Shown here: one piece after another, positions 1-11,434 of the stretch
Layout of the letters: the number at the start of each line of letters is the position of its first letter
Position numbering within the stretch: position 1 is the stretch's first letter
Origin: Marsupella aquatica
Taxonomy: Eukaryota; Plantae; Marchantiophyta
Assembly (NCBI GenBank): GCA_973895155.1
Contig: OZ316894.1
Span: 11,215,892 to 11,279,891, forward strand
Reading direction: 5' to 3'
DNA length: 64,000 nucleotides
Position numbers and translations under genes: made by a program
The notes under the pieces: model-generated
Told to the model about the DNA's origin: nothing
Databases searched by the model: none
The model's input: the letters and a program-made list of their open reading frames with translations, nothing else

Positions 1-232
1 GAGGTCTATGGTCTCGGGTGTTAAAACAATTTCAAGGTTGCCTAAGTAGATAAAAACATATTTATTTCCAGACGACTTTCATTTCATTTCACTATTTTGG
101 ACCAAGTTTGTATATACTATATGCTGTACTAAACAACCGTAACTGCCTCCCTATTGATCATGTAATTATTTTCCAATTTTTGTATACATCTTCTAAATGT
201 TTGATTGGGAGTTTTATCTACGTCGACTGCAG

Positions 233-3200
233 TTGCTTGCCTACAAAGATTTTAGGCCTCAAGAAACGCCAATAGTTGAGGTTCCACAAGACGAGCCGTC
301 AGCAGCAGAAGCAGACGCAGATGCAGAAAACCAGGCGAAGACCCTAGCACCTGGACCACCTCCAAAGAAAGATGGCCCATCTCCTTCAACACCATCTTCA
401 CCTGTACCTTCACCTCCCCCTCAAGGTCCACCCGTTGAACAAAATGCAGCAGAAGCTACTGTTGCTGTATCAATATCTCAAACAGATCCATCAGACCAGG
501 AGGTGAAATGGCTATGGGATTACACATGTGATCTCACCGAAGGCAAAAATATCAGTTGCATGTGTTGGAATAAGGTATTGTAGCAGTCAATGGTATTACA
601 CAGCTTCATTACATGCCCCATCATGCGATAGCCTTACCAGAAAGTAAAAAATTTCCAAACAATTTCACACACGAATATTAACTCACAAGACTATTTCTGC
701 GGGGCTCATATTTTCAAATGTTGACTGTCATGTTATATGTGAAGTAGATTTCTCTGACTTGTAGTCCAAATTGGGCATTTTGTATTTTTAAATGTTTCTA
801 TGCCATAACTGAGACACTTAACACCAACTGGTACCCGTGTAATCTATCTAATCATCTTTTATTATCACTACAAACATCCAAGGAACATGAACCGCAGATG
901 TTTCAGATTGTAGCAACTTGAATGGGCTTAGAATCGCGATGTATCATTTAAATCTGCACGTCTTGGAAAGCCCAGGTGGCCGGCGTGAGGGCAGAGTGTG
1001 AATGGAGTTGTCTTCCATGTTTCCAGGTGAACAAGGATTTGTTGACAGTGGGCTACGGACAGTACGAGTTTGGAGCTCAGAAAGGTGGTATGGTTGCATT
1101 TTGGTCGATTAAAAATCCACGATACCCATTAGCAACCATCATTTGCAAGTCTGATGTTACTGCAATTGATTTTTCCACTTCTACCCCAACTCTTCTTGCA
1201 GGTAGGAACTTCTACACCAGCTGAAAAATGTGAAGTATATTGTTACTTGAATGAATTTTTGTACTCCTTCAAAGCCTACACAAAAGATTCGATTCTGAAA
1301 ATCTATTCAAAACACATAATTTTGGATGAATGAAGTCCCAGTTTAATGTTAATGTTAACTCCAATATCAATGAAAGCTAAAACAAACAATGATAACTGAA
1401 TGATAGTTTAATGCCTTTGTGAACAAAACCGCACAGCAAAGAAACTGCTTCTCTATTACTGCCTTGGCTCATGCACGACCTTTAAGCCTTATTGAGCATC
1501 TAACCATAAGCCACGATCAGCAGCTGCAATGATTTTGTTTGTACATCTGTGTGTAGTTGGCTTTTACAATGGAATCTTGGCAATATACGATACGAGAAAT
1601 CCCAAAGACATGCAACCTGTGGTACAAAGTGGAATGAATACGGGCAGACACGAAGATCCCATATGGAAAGTGGAGTGGATTGATTCAAGCTCTGAGCATG
1701 GAGAGTCTTTAGTATCTATCTCCACAGATGGTCGGGTATCTCAATGGTTTCTCAAGAAGGTACCTACAACAATGCATCCGGAGTGTGTCCTGTGGTTTTT
1801 GAGCAATTAAACAGTGAACAATCTGCACCGTTGTATGAGAAGAAAGCGGTTCAGAAAAATCCTCAATTACTTGCCGCACTGGTGGTATGAATACTATGGT
1901 ATTCACTTGAGCTTTGCTTATGGACTAATCAAACAGGAAACTTGGATTAAGGAAACTTGAAACTTGTCAAGGACTACCTTTGTCAGTTAGTATTCGCAAA
2001 TAGGAGCCCCATTGCAATTCTCAAAGCCATTATCGACACACTTTCTACAGTAAAAGGGACACGGAATTGATGTGACAATATGTAAAGATTTTAGATTCAG
2101 ATCAGGTGGGGATGAAATATGAAAAATAACTTCGTGCGACGATACTTGATTATTTGAAGGATTTGGAGTTCGTAAACCTGATAAAACTTAAGAAAATATC
2201 AGGCTCCATGAAAGGTGAACAAGCTCAGCCCTTTATCTCACGAAGATCAGCTGGGATGTGCTTCGACTTCTGTCCACGTGATCCAGGGTGAGATGCCAAC
2301 ATTCACTTATGTGACAAAGGATGTTATCTCCTCAAAATGTGTGTAGGTTTCATGTAGGGTCGCAAGGCCTTGTCAGATGGTTCTACTCTGACTAGAATGG
2401 ATCCTTCTTCGTGATATTCTATGTGAGGGTTCTCATCAATGGTGGATGTTGGATTAAGATTAGTAGAACAATCTGCTTTTAACGGAACTTTATATGCGAG
2501 ACGAATCCACTTCGAATTGTAGTGGTAAATTTAGTGTTCTTCGTCGCCCAACATCTATGTTAATATCTTTCATTTCGGTGAGAGCCTCTTCAAAAGGAGG
2601 TAGTTTGACAATTACATTTATCTGCCCGCGTATAAGTAATCGGTCCCAATTTGCCATTGCTGTAAGTAATTTCGTGCGGGAACTCACTTATTACCCTGAT
2701 TATCAGACATGCCATGTTGGGTTGCTTTGGGAGGCCAGGGTGTACTTGGTGGGAAGTGAAGAAGGACTCATATACAAATGTGATCGATCATATAGTGAAC
2801 AGTACATGGCAACATATGTTGGGCATACGGGCCCTGTCTATCAGGTTTACGTCATGTCTAAACTATCTTGATCAGTATTTTCAAGAGGCTCATTTCTCGA
2901 TACCGCTTGTTCATCGCTGTGATCTTTGAATTTGTTGCGAAGGATAATCCATCCTCAAGGATTGAAGATAATGCTTGTAGGTGAGATGGAATCATACTGT
3001 CCCCAATTTCTTTTTGAGCTGCAGTAGCGACTGGACCGTTCGGTTTTGGCGTGAAGAGCAGGTAGTCCTTGATCTCAACAATCTCACATCTCTGTTCCTG
3101 CAGCTCGAATGAGTTTCATAGCACAATAACCACAAAGAGTATCATATTGTTCTTAAAAAAGAACAGTTTGTTTCGATTATATTTTTAACCCAGTGCCAAC

Positions 3201-4798
3201 AATTCTAAGTGCTTACTGGGAAATGGATTTTCTCGAAGTGTTGAGGCACCGATGCAAAATCAAAACTCAATTTTAAAATTCGAATATGAGTGCAAGAAGT
3301 GATGGTGGTAAGCTTCTACGACGTAATGTGCCCACCCCACCCCGACCCCCCAAACCCACATAAGGAAGCCAAAGAATGTGTCATATGCTAGGCCCATCTA
3401 ATTCGATCTATTGCTTCCGTTCATAAGAATAATCAGGATACTGCTACAGAATACTCAAATTTGAACATATAGGTAACTGCTAAGCTTATTGAGGGAGCAT
3501 AGTGTCATTGAAGTGAGAATCATTTACAGGAGAGTGCGCTGATGGTTATCCAAACAGTGAACGAGAGTATATCAGATGTTCGATGGTCAATTAAGAATTC
3601 GACGGTCTTTGCCACTGTTTCTGTCGATGGCCGACTGGAGGTAAGAAACAGTGTCATCATAGAGTGAGTTCATGTTGAGCTTATTGTATCTGTCAAAAGT
3701 GAGATGCTGAAACAACACTCTTGATAAGATTTGTTTTTGTAGTTGTTTACGATATCTGGAACGCTTGAAACAATTTTGTTCGAGCTCAAAAGTGACTATC
3801 CTCTTCGCAGCTTGAACATAAATTTAAGTTTTATTCCATTTGCAGATTTGGGACATGGCAATCTCTGTGATGAAACCCACAATCATACACAAGGTGGAAA
3901 ACTCCAAGCTCTCTTGCTTGATGTTTGCCGAAGAACTTCCTGTCGTGCTTACTGGTGGGAGCAATGGAGCTGTGACTGTCCTGAGATTGGTGGGTAATTT
4001 ACACCTTTCACGGGGCTTGACTTTTGTACAGTTTCAGTCAACACACCAGGTTACAAATATTAATAGAACCTTCCGTGGCCAAATTGGGGCGAGTCTACTG
4101 TCACTGATCCAGGGTGAGTTGAACGTCGTCTCTCAGCTGAACTACTCAGTATTTGAAGAGGGGCTGAACGCCACAAAGGGCGTTCAGGATATCCTTCGCT
4201 CTTAGTCACAAGCAGTTCTGGTGGAGCAGATGAGACAACCAGAATAAGACACCTTCGAGTTCACAGCTCTTCCCCTCTATTCAACCAAAGTTTCATGAAT
4301 CAATCTGTGTCAGCGCGAGAATTGATGGTTACTCACTTTTTGGGCTTAACAGGAGTGATCATCCTTCATTTCACCCAGCTCTTTCACGTAAAACTCTATC
4401 AAGTTTGTACAAGAGAAGCGATTTTGGCGTTAAACGGGATGAAATGAAGAGATTACTGCTGTTTTAGGAGTGGATCTGTTTAAGTGCGAGGATTAGAGTT
4501 ACTCATGTTATGGGCTTAACAGCAGGATTCATCTACTCAATTTTTTGGCTTATCTTTTGGGCTTAACAGCAAGTGATCATCTACTCAGTTTTGGGTAACA
4601 GGAGTGGCCATCATCCTTCATTTCACCCCGTTCATCTACTCTATATTGTAGATGGTTTAATTCTGTTGTTTGCACCTGTATAATCGCAATCATTTCTGTA
4701 ATGTGTAGGACGGATTTGAGAAGGTGGAAAGTGAAGCGAAACAAGTGAAGTTGTTTAGGGATGCTTTGGCTTTGAACATTAATGCCCATCTCTCATGA
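233..4798 (+). CDS. DNAI4: Dynein axonemal intermediate chain, WDR78/DNAI4 (IC138-like) WD40 protein, 5'-partial
   Basis: Phase-consistent GT-AG exons 233-574, 1027-1201, 1557-1759, 2160-2287, 2739-2844, 2981-3061, 3530-3640, 3846-3989, 4709-4798 (1380 nt). Motifs LTEGKNISCMCWNK-VNKDLLTVGYGQYEF..QKGGMVAFWSIKNP, VTAIDFS..PTLLAVGFYNG, HEDPIWKVEW, YLVGSEEGLIYKCDRSYSEQY..GHTGPVY and FLSCSSDWTVRFW match the WDR78 family. The last exon is less certain, and upstream exons lie outside the window. Confidence 0.88.
4330..4630. repeat. Degenerate short tandem repeat in the last WDR78 intron
   Basis: Recurrent ttgggcttaacag..gtgatcatc / tactca units at ~4340, 4510, 4557 and 4590. Confidence 0.6.
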
Positions 4799-5768
4799 CT
4801 GAGACAGAGAACAAGCATCGAAGTTCACATTGTCCCAGTTACATCACGACATACTATATTGAAGGCTCTGACGACAAGAATTCTCTCGAACCCATGAATA
4901 ATTCACTATAATAACCTTCGTCAAGCTTGACAACCCAGTTGTGTTATCTAAATATTACTTCTATGCAAAACCCTACCTAGTAAAATATATCGAGGGAGAA
5001 ATACACGCATAGGGCAAGCCTTACTTGAAGCTTCATTCCTTTTTCCGTCTTGAATTTTTCGCTCGGTGACAATAAAGTGACGCTTCATTCGCGCGTTGAG
5101 AATTGATCTGGTCAAGAAAGTTTACTGTGATTGGCCACAAATCGACGTAATTCCTTGGAAATGGGAAAAGTTGCCTTTCAGATGAAGTACCACCACCTTT
5201 CAGAAAGTTGTCTACCGTTTCTTGGTCGACCGTAGTACTCCCCACAAGCGAGGCCCATTAAACGATCCATTGCCAACACTGTCTATGATCATTTGTACTC
5301 GTGTTCAAACGCGCCCTGACGATTCTAACGATGATGATCCTGGCCTCAAAAGCGTAGAAAGCTTTCCTGGGTAGGAGGTTGAAAAGAAAAGCAGACAAAA
5401 CTCTCATCTACCTGTTGTGACCCCACGTTTGAGATCATAATAAATCTTATATCGACTAACCTGTATGCCTTAATGTAAGAATATCAATACTTAGCACTAG
5501 CAATAATTGTGAGTCTTTCGGGTCACTTCGTGTGTTAGATAACATACCAAGTTAGATAGAAAACTCAACTAAGAACTCCTGCCTGTGATCGAAATATTCG
5601 AAAGAAATTCACTTATCTTTCTTGTACAGCTCCTCCTGGATAGTCTAATTTGAACGGCAACTATGGAAAAAACTGAGCGACATTAAGGATATGAAGGCAA
5701 ACGATCTGTTCATATAATCCCAAAACTCAAGAACCAGGTACTATAGCAAGACAACAAAATCAAACGTT

Positions 5769-5915
5769 TTATATTACAATTGGGAACAACGCAACGCTTG
5801 TAGATAACATCAAGCCTGGTTTTAGAGTCTCTGCACGGGTAGTGGGTGCGGTGCAGACAAGAACCAACTCATCCTGTGTTAACCAGCAGCGCATTTTATG
5901 AAGAGTCGATCGAGC
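5769..5915 (-). repeat. Diverged tandem duplicate of the final ~49 codons of the coiled-coil gene, directly after its stop
   Basis: Translates ...MRCWLTQDELVLVCTAPTTRAETLKPGLMLSTSVALFPIVI*, compared with the CDS end ...MLSNTLDDLVLLCSTPTTPAETPKSSSLMSSSSDTFFSTVT*. The two stops are 147 nt apart. Confidence 0.85.
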
Positions 5916-8900
5916 TTATGTTACAGTTGAAAAAAAAGTATCGCTGCTAGATGACATCAAGCTTGAGGATTTAGGAGTCTCTGCAGGGGTAGTGGGTGTG
6001 GAGCACAAAAGGACCAAGTCATCCAACGTGTTAGACAGCATAGCATCCAATGACGAGTCCGATGAAACACTAGACTCCGAAGCTATCGATTCCCGGTCCT
6101 TGTCACTGCCTCCTTGCATAGGACTATCCTTTATTGCATGTAGCATATCTGTCGACAAGCCCAAAATATCACCTCCCAGAGAGCCACCATCTGGGGAAAG
6201 GGAGGATGCAGACACCTCCTTCAAGTCCAGTTTGCCCATCATCTCTGTGCAAGGTGCCAATGCCGGCGGACCGATATCCTTGACAGAAATAACATCTTCG
6301 CCGCCTTCGTCCTGGTTCATGGAGTGAACCTGGTCTCCTGTTTCCATATCGAACAAAAATCTTCCAAAGCTGCCTTTCGTACTTTCAACGCTGGTCTCCA
6401 GACTTCCATTATGGCCTACAGTGGTTGGGCTCCCCATCCTCATGGTTGACGAATCACTGAGGTAACCAAATGATTCTCTCTGGCTGCCAACAGTATTAGA
6501 CCACTCTCCAAAGGCGCCTGTTGCCACAAGGGCTGACTTGTGGAGATTGGCTGAGTGCTTCTGGTGGGGAGAATCCGGAGAATGCCCAGTACGTACTTTG
6601 CTTGCCTTGTGAATCCATCTATTGGAATCACTCCTTACCAGCTCCCCCCGGTCTCTCTTTTCGCTATTCTTTGCACCTCTTGCCATCCTCTTCCTCAACC
6701 CGGCAGACTGCTCCCTTCCTGACCCTGAATTAATGGGAAACCCTTTTCGCAACTTGCGTGTTGAAGGTCCTGAAAATCCGGGTCTGAAAACACAGTGTTC
6801 CTCCAGCTGCAATGAGACACCACCTTCAACTTGTGGCGTTGTAGTAACTACTTCTGTTGTAGTAGCTGGCTCTGCAGACGAAACAGAGATTGCCCGGTCA
6901 AACAAGTTATCCCCAGTTTCTTTTGGGTTCCCTTCACTTCCAGTGGTAAACCTGTACAACATAACAAAATATCAAAAAACATTGCTTGCCATGCCCGACA
7001 TCTGCCACCTGTTGTTTTAGGAAGAGAATTTTGCTTTTAATGCTACACTAAGAGCAACACTAACGACGACGACAAGAATGATCGCACCTCCCATGAACAG
7101 TAGAACAGTTTAGAGATGGACCAGCTACCTGGTTTGGAGAGGTGATACGACATGGGACATGTTGGTCGGCTCTGAAGGACCACTCTCAGTTGGAGGCGAA
7201 GAAGTCTCGGAGCTGCAGTCCTGTAGCAGCTTCTGGAGCTCCTCCTTCTGCATCGGCCAGCACCTTTTACCGACACTGAAATTCTCCCATTGTAATTGGA
7301 TTATCCCTTTCCTAAATTAGAAGGACGCCTATTAATCTGGACTTGCATTTACGACCATCAAAATGATGACTGGGATGATGAAGGATAGAGACACTATCTC
7401 CCCTCACGAGAAGAAAGGGCACAAAGGAACCGAGTCGTCCTGGTTCTAAGAACGCATAGAGCTGGATAATTCCTGTTGCATGTAATTCCTGAGGCAAATA
7501 TCTGATGCGTGTGCTATTCCAGAGATATTAAACTATCTACCAGAAACAAAAGGCATTCTAGTATTACAGTGGCCTGACACACTAGCGCACAGTTCAATAG
7601 CCTTGCCTTTGATCGGGGTACGTAGGGTGATGATAGTTCAAACGAAGCGGAAAGGCGTTGCACTTCTCTCGATGTCCGTCTCGCTTGCTCTTCCTGCACG
7701 CACTCAAGTTGAAAGCCAAGGAATCTTATGTTCTGGACATTTGTGGTCATAACCCTAAGCAGGTCCACATAGCCACTGTACTGAGGAGTTAGACTCCAGG
7801 GACGGTTGAAAGCGAACAGCCAGACCAGATATCTAAAGCTCCATTGTTGTACCCACCTGATAATCCAATTGTTTGGCCAGCTCAGAACCGGTGTCTGCCA
7901 TCCTCATCGCCAGCTCACGGGTTGAAGAGTCCTCCTTTCCTTTACTGTCCTTTATGCTATTGCATCTGTTAAGGAGTTTCTCTACCCGCTGCTTCAATTC
8001 AGCTATTTTCACCTGGTGTCTCGAGAGATCTGCAATCTCCTCCTCAACACGCTGCCGCTTTGCTATCTCTTCCAGCTTGTGGTTTAACTCCTGGACCTGC
8101 ACATTCGTCATTGGACAGTATCAGTAATTACTTCGTCGTTAACGTATTTCAAGCTCTTGTCAGGAAGAAACTCAGAGATTCCTTTTGCTTCAGATTTTGG
8201 CAAAGACTAACAAAGAGCAAAGCCATCGTTCAGAGATCTACAAAATGGTGACAAGAAACTATATTGTCCCATCCCAGGAGAGGCAGGGCACCTCGGCAGC
8301 TGAGGCAGCATTAGTTGACAAAAACAAGTGCTGGGATTCATTCTTCCGATCATGTTCTCGTGATTCTGGTGTCACTTCCCCATCCTCGTCCATTTTTTTC
8401 TGGATATCGTTGATGACGGCATTTTGTCTCTGCGTGGTCATTAAAGATGTGAAAACTAGTACACAAGCCAGGAGACATTGTAGGTACAAGAAATAATACT
8501 GACTGAAACTGCAGCAGGCAGGAACGTGAGGGACACTTCATATTCGTTGCCCAACACAAGAACAGGCCAAGGACACTGCGGAAGCAAAAAGACATAACAC
8601 TGGAAGCTGATAAAGCACCCCAGATTTTACTCGTGTCATACAAGTTAACCAGAAAATCAGGTCATTTGCATATGATAGAACTGACTTTCCGTTCTAATAT
8701 AATCACTCATTACGTTGCATAAATTGGAAATGAAGTTACCTGAAACTCATCCACAAGGCGACTAGTCTCCAGCCTTTTCTCCGATATCTGACTTCCATCA
8801 ATAATATTGAGTTACAAAACAGTCGAAAAAATGACTCCAAGCCGACAATAAACATAGTGATAGACAAAGATAACTCGGGCATCCTGCCACCAAATAAAAA

Positions 8901-11434
8901 CGCAATTTGGCAGCAACCTAAGTTCTGACTCACCGTTTCACAGTGCTGTTCAAGTATGCTCGAGAGCTGCTCCACCTCTTGTTTCAATTTAGTAACCAAT
9001 TTCTCACTGAATGCTGGACTTGAATCATCTGTTTCACTCTCATCTGATACATCCCCAGTGCTTGAACTTTCATCTGCTTTGAGTCGCCCCTTAAAGCTGC
9101 TACCATCCTTGGGTGGTTGCTCTCCATTCTTCTCAAAAATTAAAGAGTAAGAACGCATTAAATTCCTGCACCACATGGGTTTTGCTCTTCAGTTCCTGCT
9201 ACGTTCTATTAAGAGGTCATTAATTGAATTCTTGCGTGCATCCAGTTAAGGGTTACGAAAAGAAGTTACCTTGCTCTTGCCCTGAAGTCCTCGGCCTTCA
9301 AGCTGCCATTCTCTCCTCTGCTGATTCCAACGCCTCCAGACAAGCTATTTCTCCCTATCATTGAGGGTGTCGAATCCTTTGGAGCTTTAGACTGGAACAA
9401 ATAATCAATTGAGAACCATAAATTAATAAACTATAACTTGTAGTTCCAATCAAATCAAGGTTATACCAGAAGTTGACCGCCAACTTGTCTGAGACATAAG
9501 GTACTTCACTTCCCCCCCCCCCCCCCCCCAAGTCGTACAACTTATGACCTCGCATCGATCGAAGGGCAAGTTAAAGACAGAACCGAAATGAACCCAATCT
9601 AGTCATACAATCAAGTAGTTAAACTCCTGGTAGACGTTTGACCTTCGGCGTCAAAAGCCATGACTCACCTGACCCCCAACAGTTTAGGTAGAAAGCAGGA
9701 AGATCCCGTTTCCTGGCATTGTTTCAAAAGGAACAGTCTAAATCCTCCAGGACATGTCGACAAAAATCACATGAATCTAAACGTCAAGGAACAAACCTCC
9801 ATCAAACGTTTAAGATTATCAACTCGATCTTCATGGTTTTCATGCTCCACCTCATACGCCTCCAGAAGCAGGTCCTTCTCGAAATCAAACTTCCGAGCTT
9901 CTTCTAGCTCTGATTCTAAAATTTGTAGTTTATGAACCACCAGTTCATGCTCCTTGATTCTGAGACTTGCCAACCTTTCCAACTCTTGCTTTTCGTCTTC
10001 CCGAACTTCCAATTCTTTGGCAAGCCTTCGTGTCTCCCTCAGAAGAAAGGAATCATCCTGTTGATGCAATTCATAACCATCTCTTTTATTAGACATCACG
10101 GATGAGTTTCCAGAATTTGGAAACTGACCTGCCAGGTATTCAGCGACTGCCCTCTTTAGTCTCTGAATTTCGAGATTTGACTCGAGCAAAGTGTTATTAG
10201 CTTCTTCAAGCCTGGATTCTAAGTCCTTGCATCGGGCTTTGTGAACATCGATAAGGCGTTCTTGATCCGAAATTTGAGCTTGCATATCTAGAATCATCTC
10301 ATCCCTGCTCTTCAATTGTTGCCGCAGACGATGCACCATGTCTCGTCTAGACGGATAACCCAGTCGAGCTGGAGGGGAAAGCACCGATAGATCATTGCAC
10401 TCTGTCGCAGATGTGTCTGCCCCTCTATAGCTTCCTGGAGGTGAGGTAGGTGTGATGACTACTCGATTGGAGTCGTTCGACCCTTTGGCAAACTGTCCAT
10501 AGTACGTGGAAGGAGCAGAGTGAGGACTGCATTCCTCGTCGCCCCAGTCGCTTCCTACTCGACTTCCTTCACTCAGGGATTGAGGTTGGGTCTGGGCCAT
10601 CATGAACGGATCCCCTGCAAGGCGGTTATTGGATTTCAGAGAATGGCCCCAAAATCTTCAACGTCTTCCCCAAATAATTCAAACAAAATTATAAAAATCC
10701 CAGAGCAAGCACGGAGTCCATAAGATTGCGTTCAGAAAACAAAACTGAATTCACTCAACAAAGCAACACCCAATTCCCAATTCAAGACGGTTTCAATCCT
10801 AATTGGTCTCTGGGTTTACTAAGACTTTCAGATCTAAAAATACCTGAGTAAGGACTTTCAGCTGACAGTTCACTTGTCCGGCTCCCAGTAGATTCTCGCC
10901 GAAAAGAGAGCCCCGATTGGTGTACGTGGTCTGTCAAACGTAAGCCATCGGACATAGTTGAAATAACATATTCCAAGCAATCAAGAGTTGGGATTTGCGG
11001 ACAGCGTTAATATAGATTACATATAGCAATGAAGGATCCAAAGCCGCAGCAAAAGCACTAAAAAGCGTATTCCACAGTGTTGAAGTTCAACCTCCAAAAT
11101 GAGTCCGAGATTGACCTTTTAAGCGAGTTAGGAGAGCCTTTTCCACCACTTTCGGTTGTGGCACAGGGGTCTTCTGTCTCTTCACAATCATCACTCCAAG
11201 GGCTGTAACAAGGGCACCGCCGAGGATCAGAATCCAATTTGTGCCTTCCTTGCGAATAACATGGTGAGCCACTGCAGATGGTTTCTTTCTCCGGCCAGCC
11301 AGCTGTTGATTGGCAAGTAGAGTTTTCATGTTGGCTGGACCTCTTGGTGGTTGCCCTTCGTCTTCATATTCCCCAGATGTCGTCGGTTGTCTATCAACTT
11401 CGTAAGGGTCGTAGTCTCGAACACGTTTCTGCAT
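5916..11434 (-). CDS. Uncharacterised plant coiled-coil protein with an N-terminal hydrophobic (TM-like) segment and a long Ser-rich disordered C-terminus (~1076 aa)
   Basis: Phase-consistent exons (minus strand) 11434-11116, 10930-10844, 10614-9797, 9391-9270, 9165-8934, 8787-8740, 8429-8292, 8096-7857, 7693-7622, 7247-7129, 6951-5916 (3231 nt). Motifs EGTNWILILGGALVTALGVMIVK and RRDMVHRLRQQLKSRDEMILDMQAQI..LEEAN..LLESNLEIQRLKRAVAE resemble, from memory, a conserved unannotated land-plant coiled-coil family. The small middle exons are less certain. Confidence 0.75.

Noticed and set aside
4166-4189. Perfect 9-bp hairpin ctgaacgcc/ggcgttcag as a terminator
   Set aside because: It is intronic in a eukaryotic gene, has no U-tract, and is compatible with chance.
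5992-7020. Antisense ORFs over the coiled-coil gene, and similarly over VPS60, the ARM gene and DGD1
   Set aside because: These are shadow ORFs of real coding exons.
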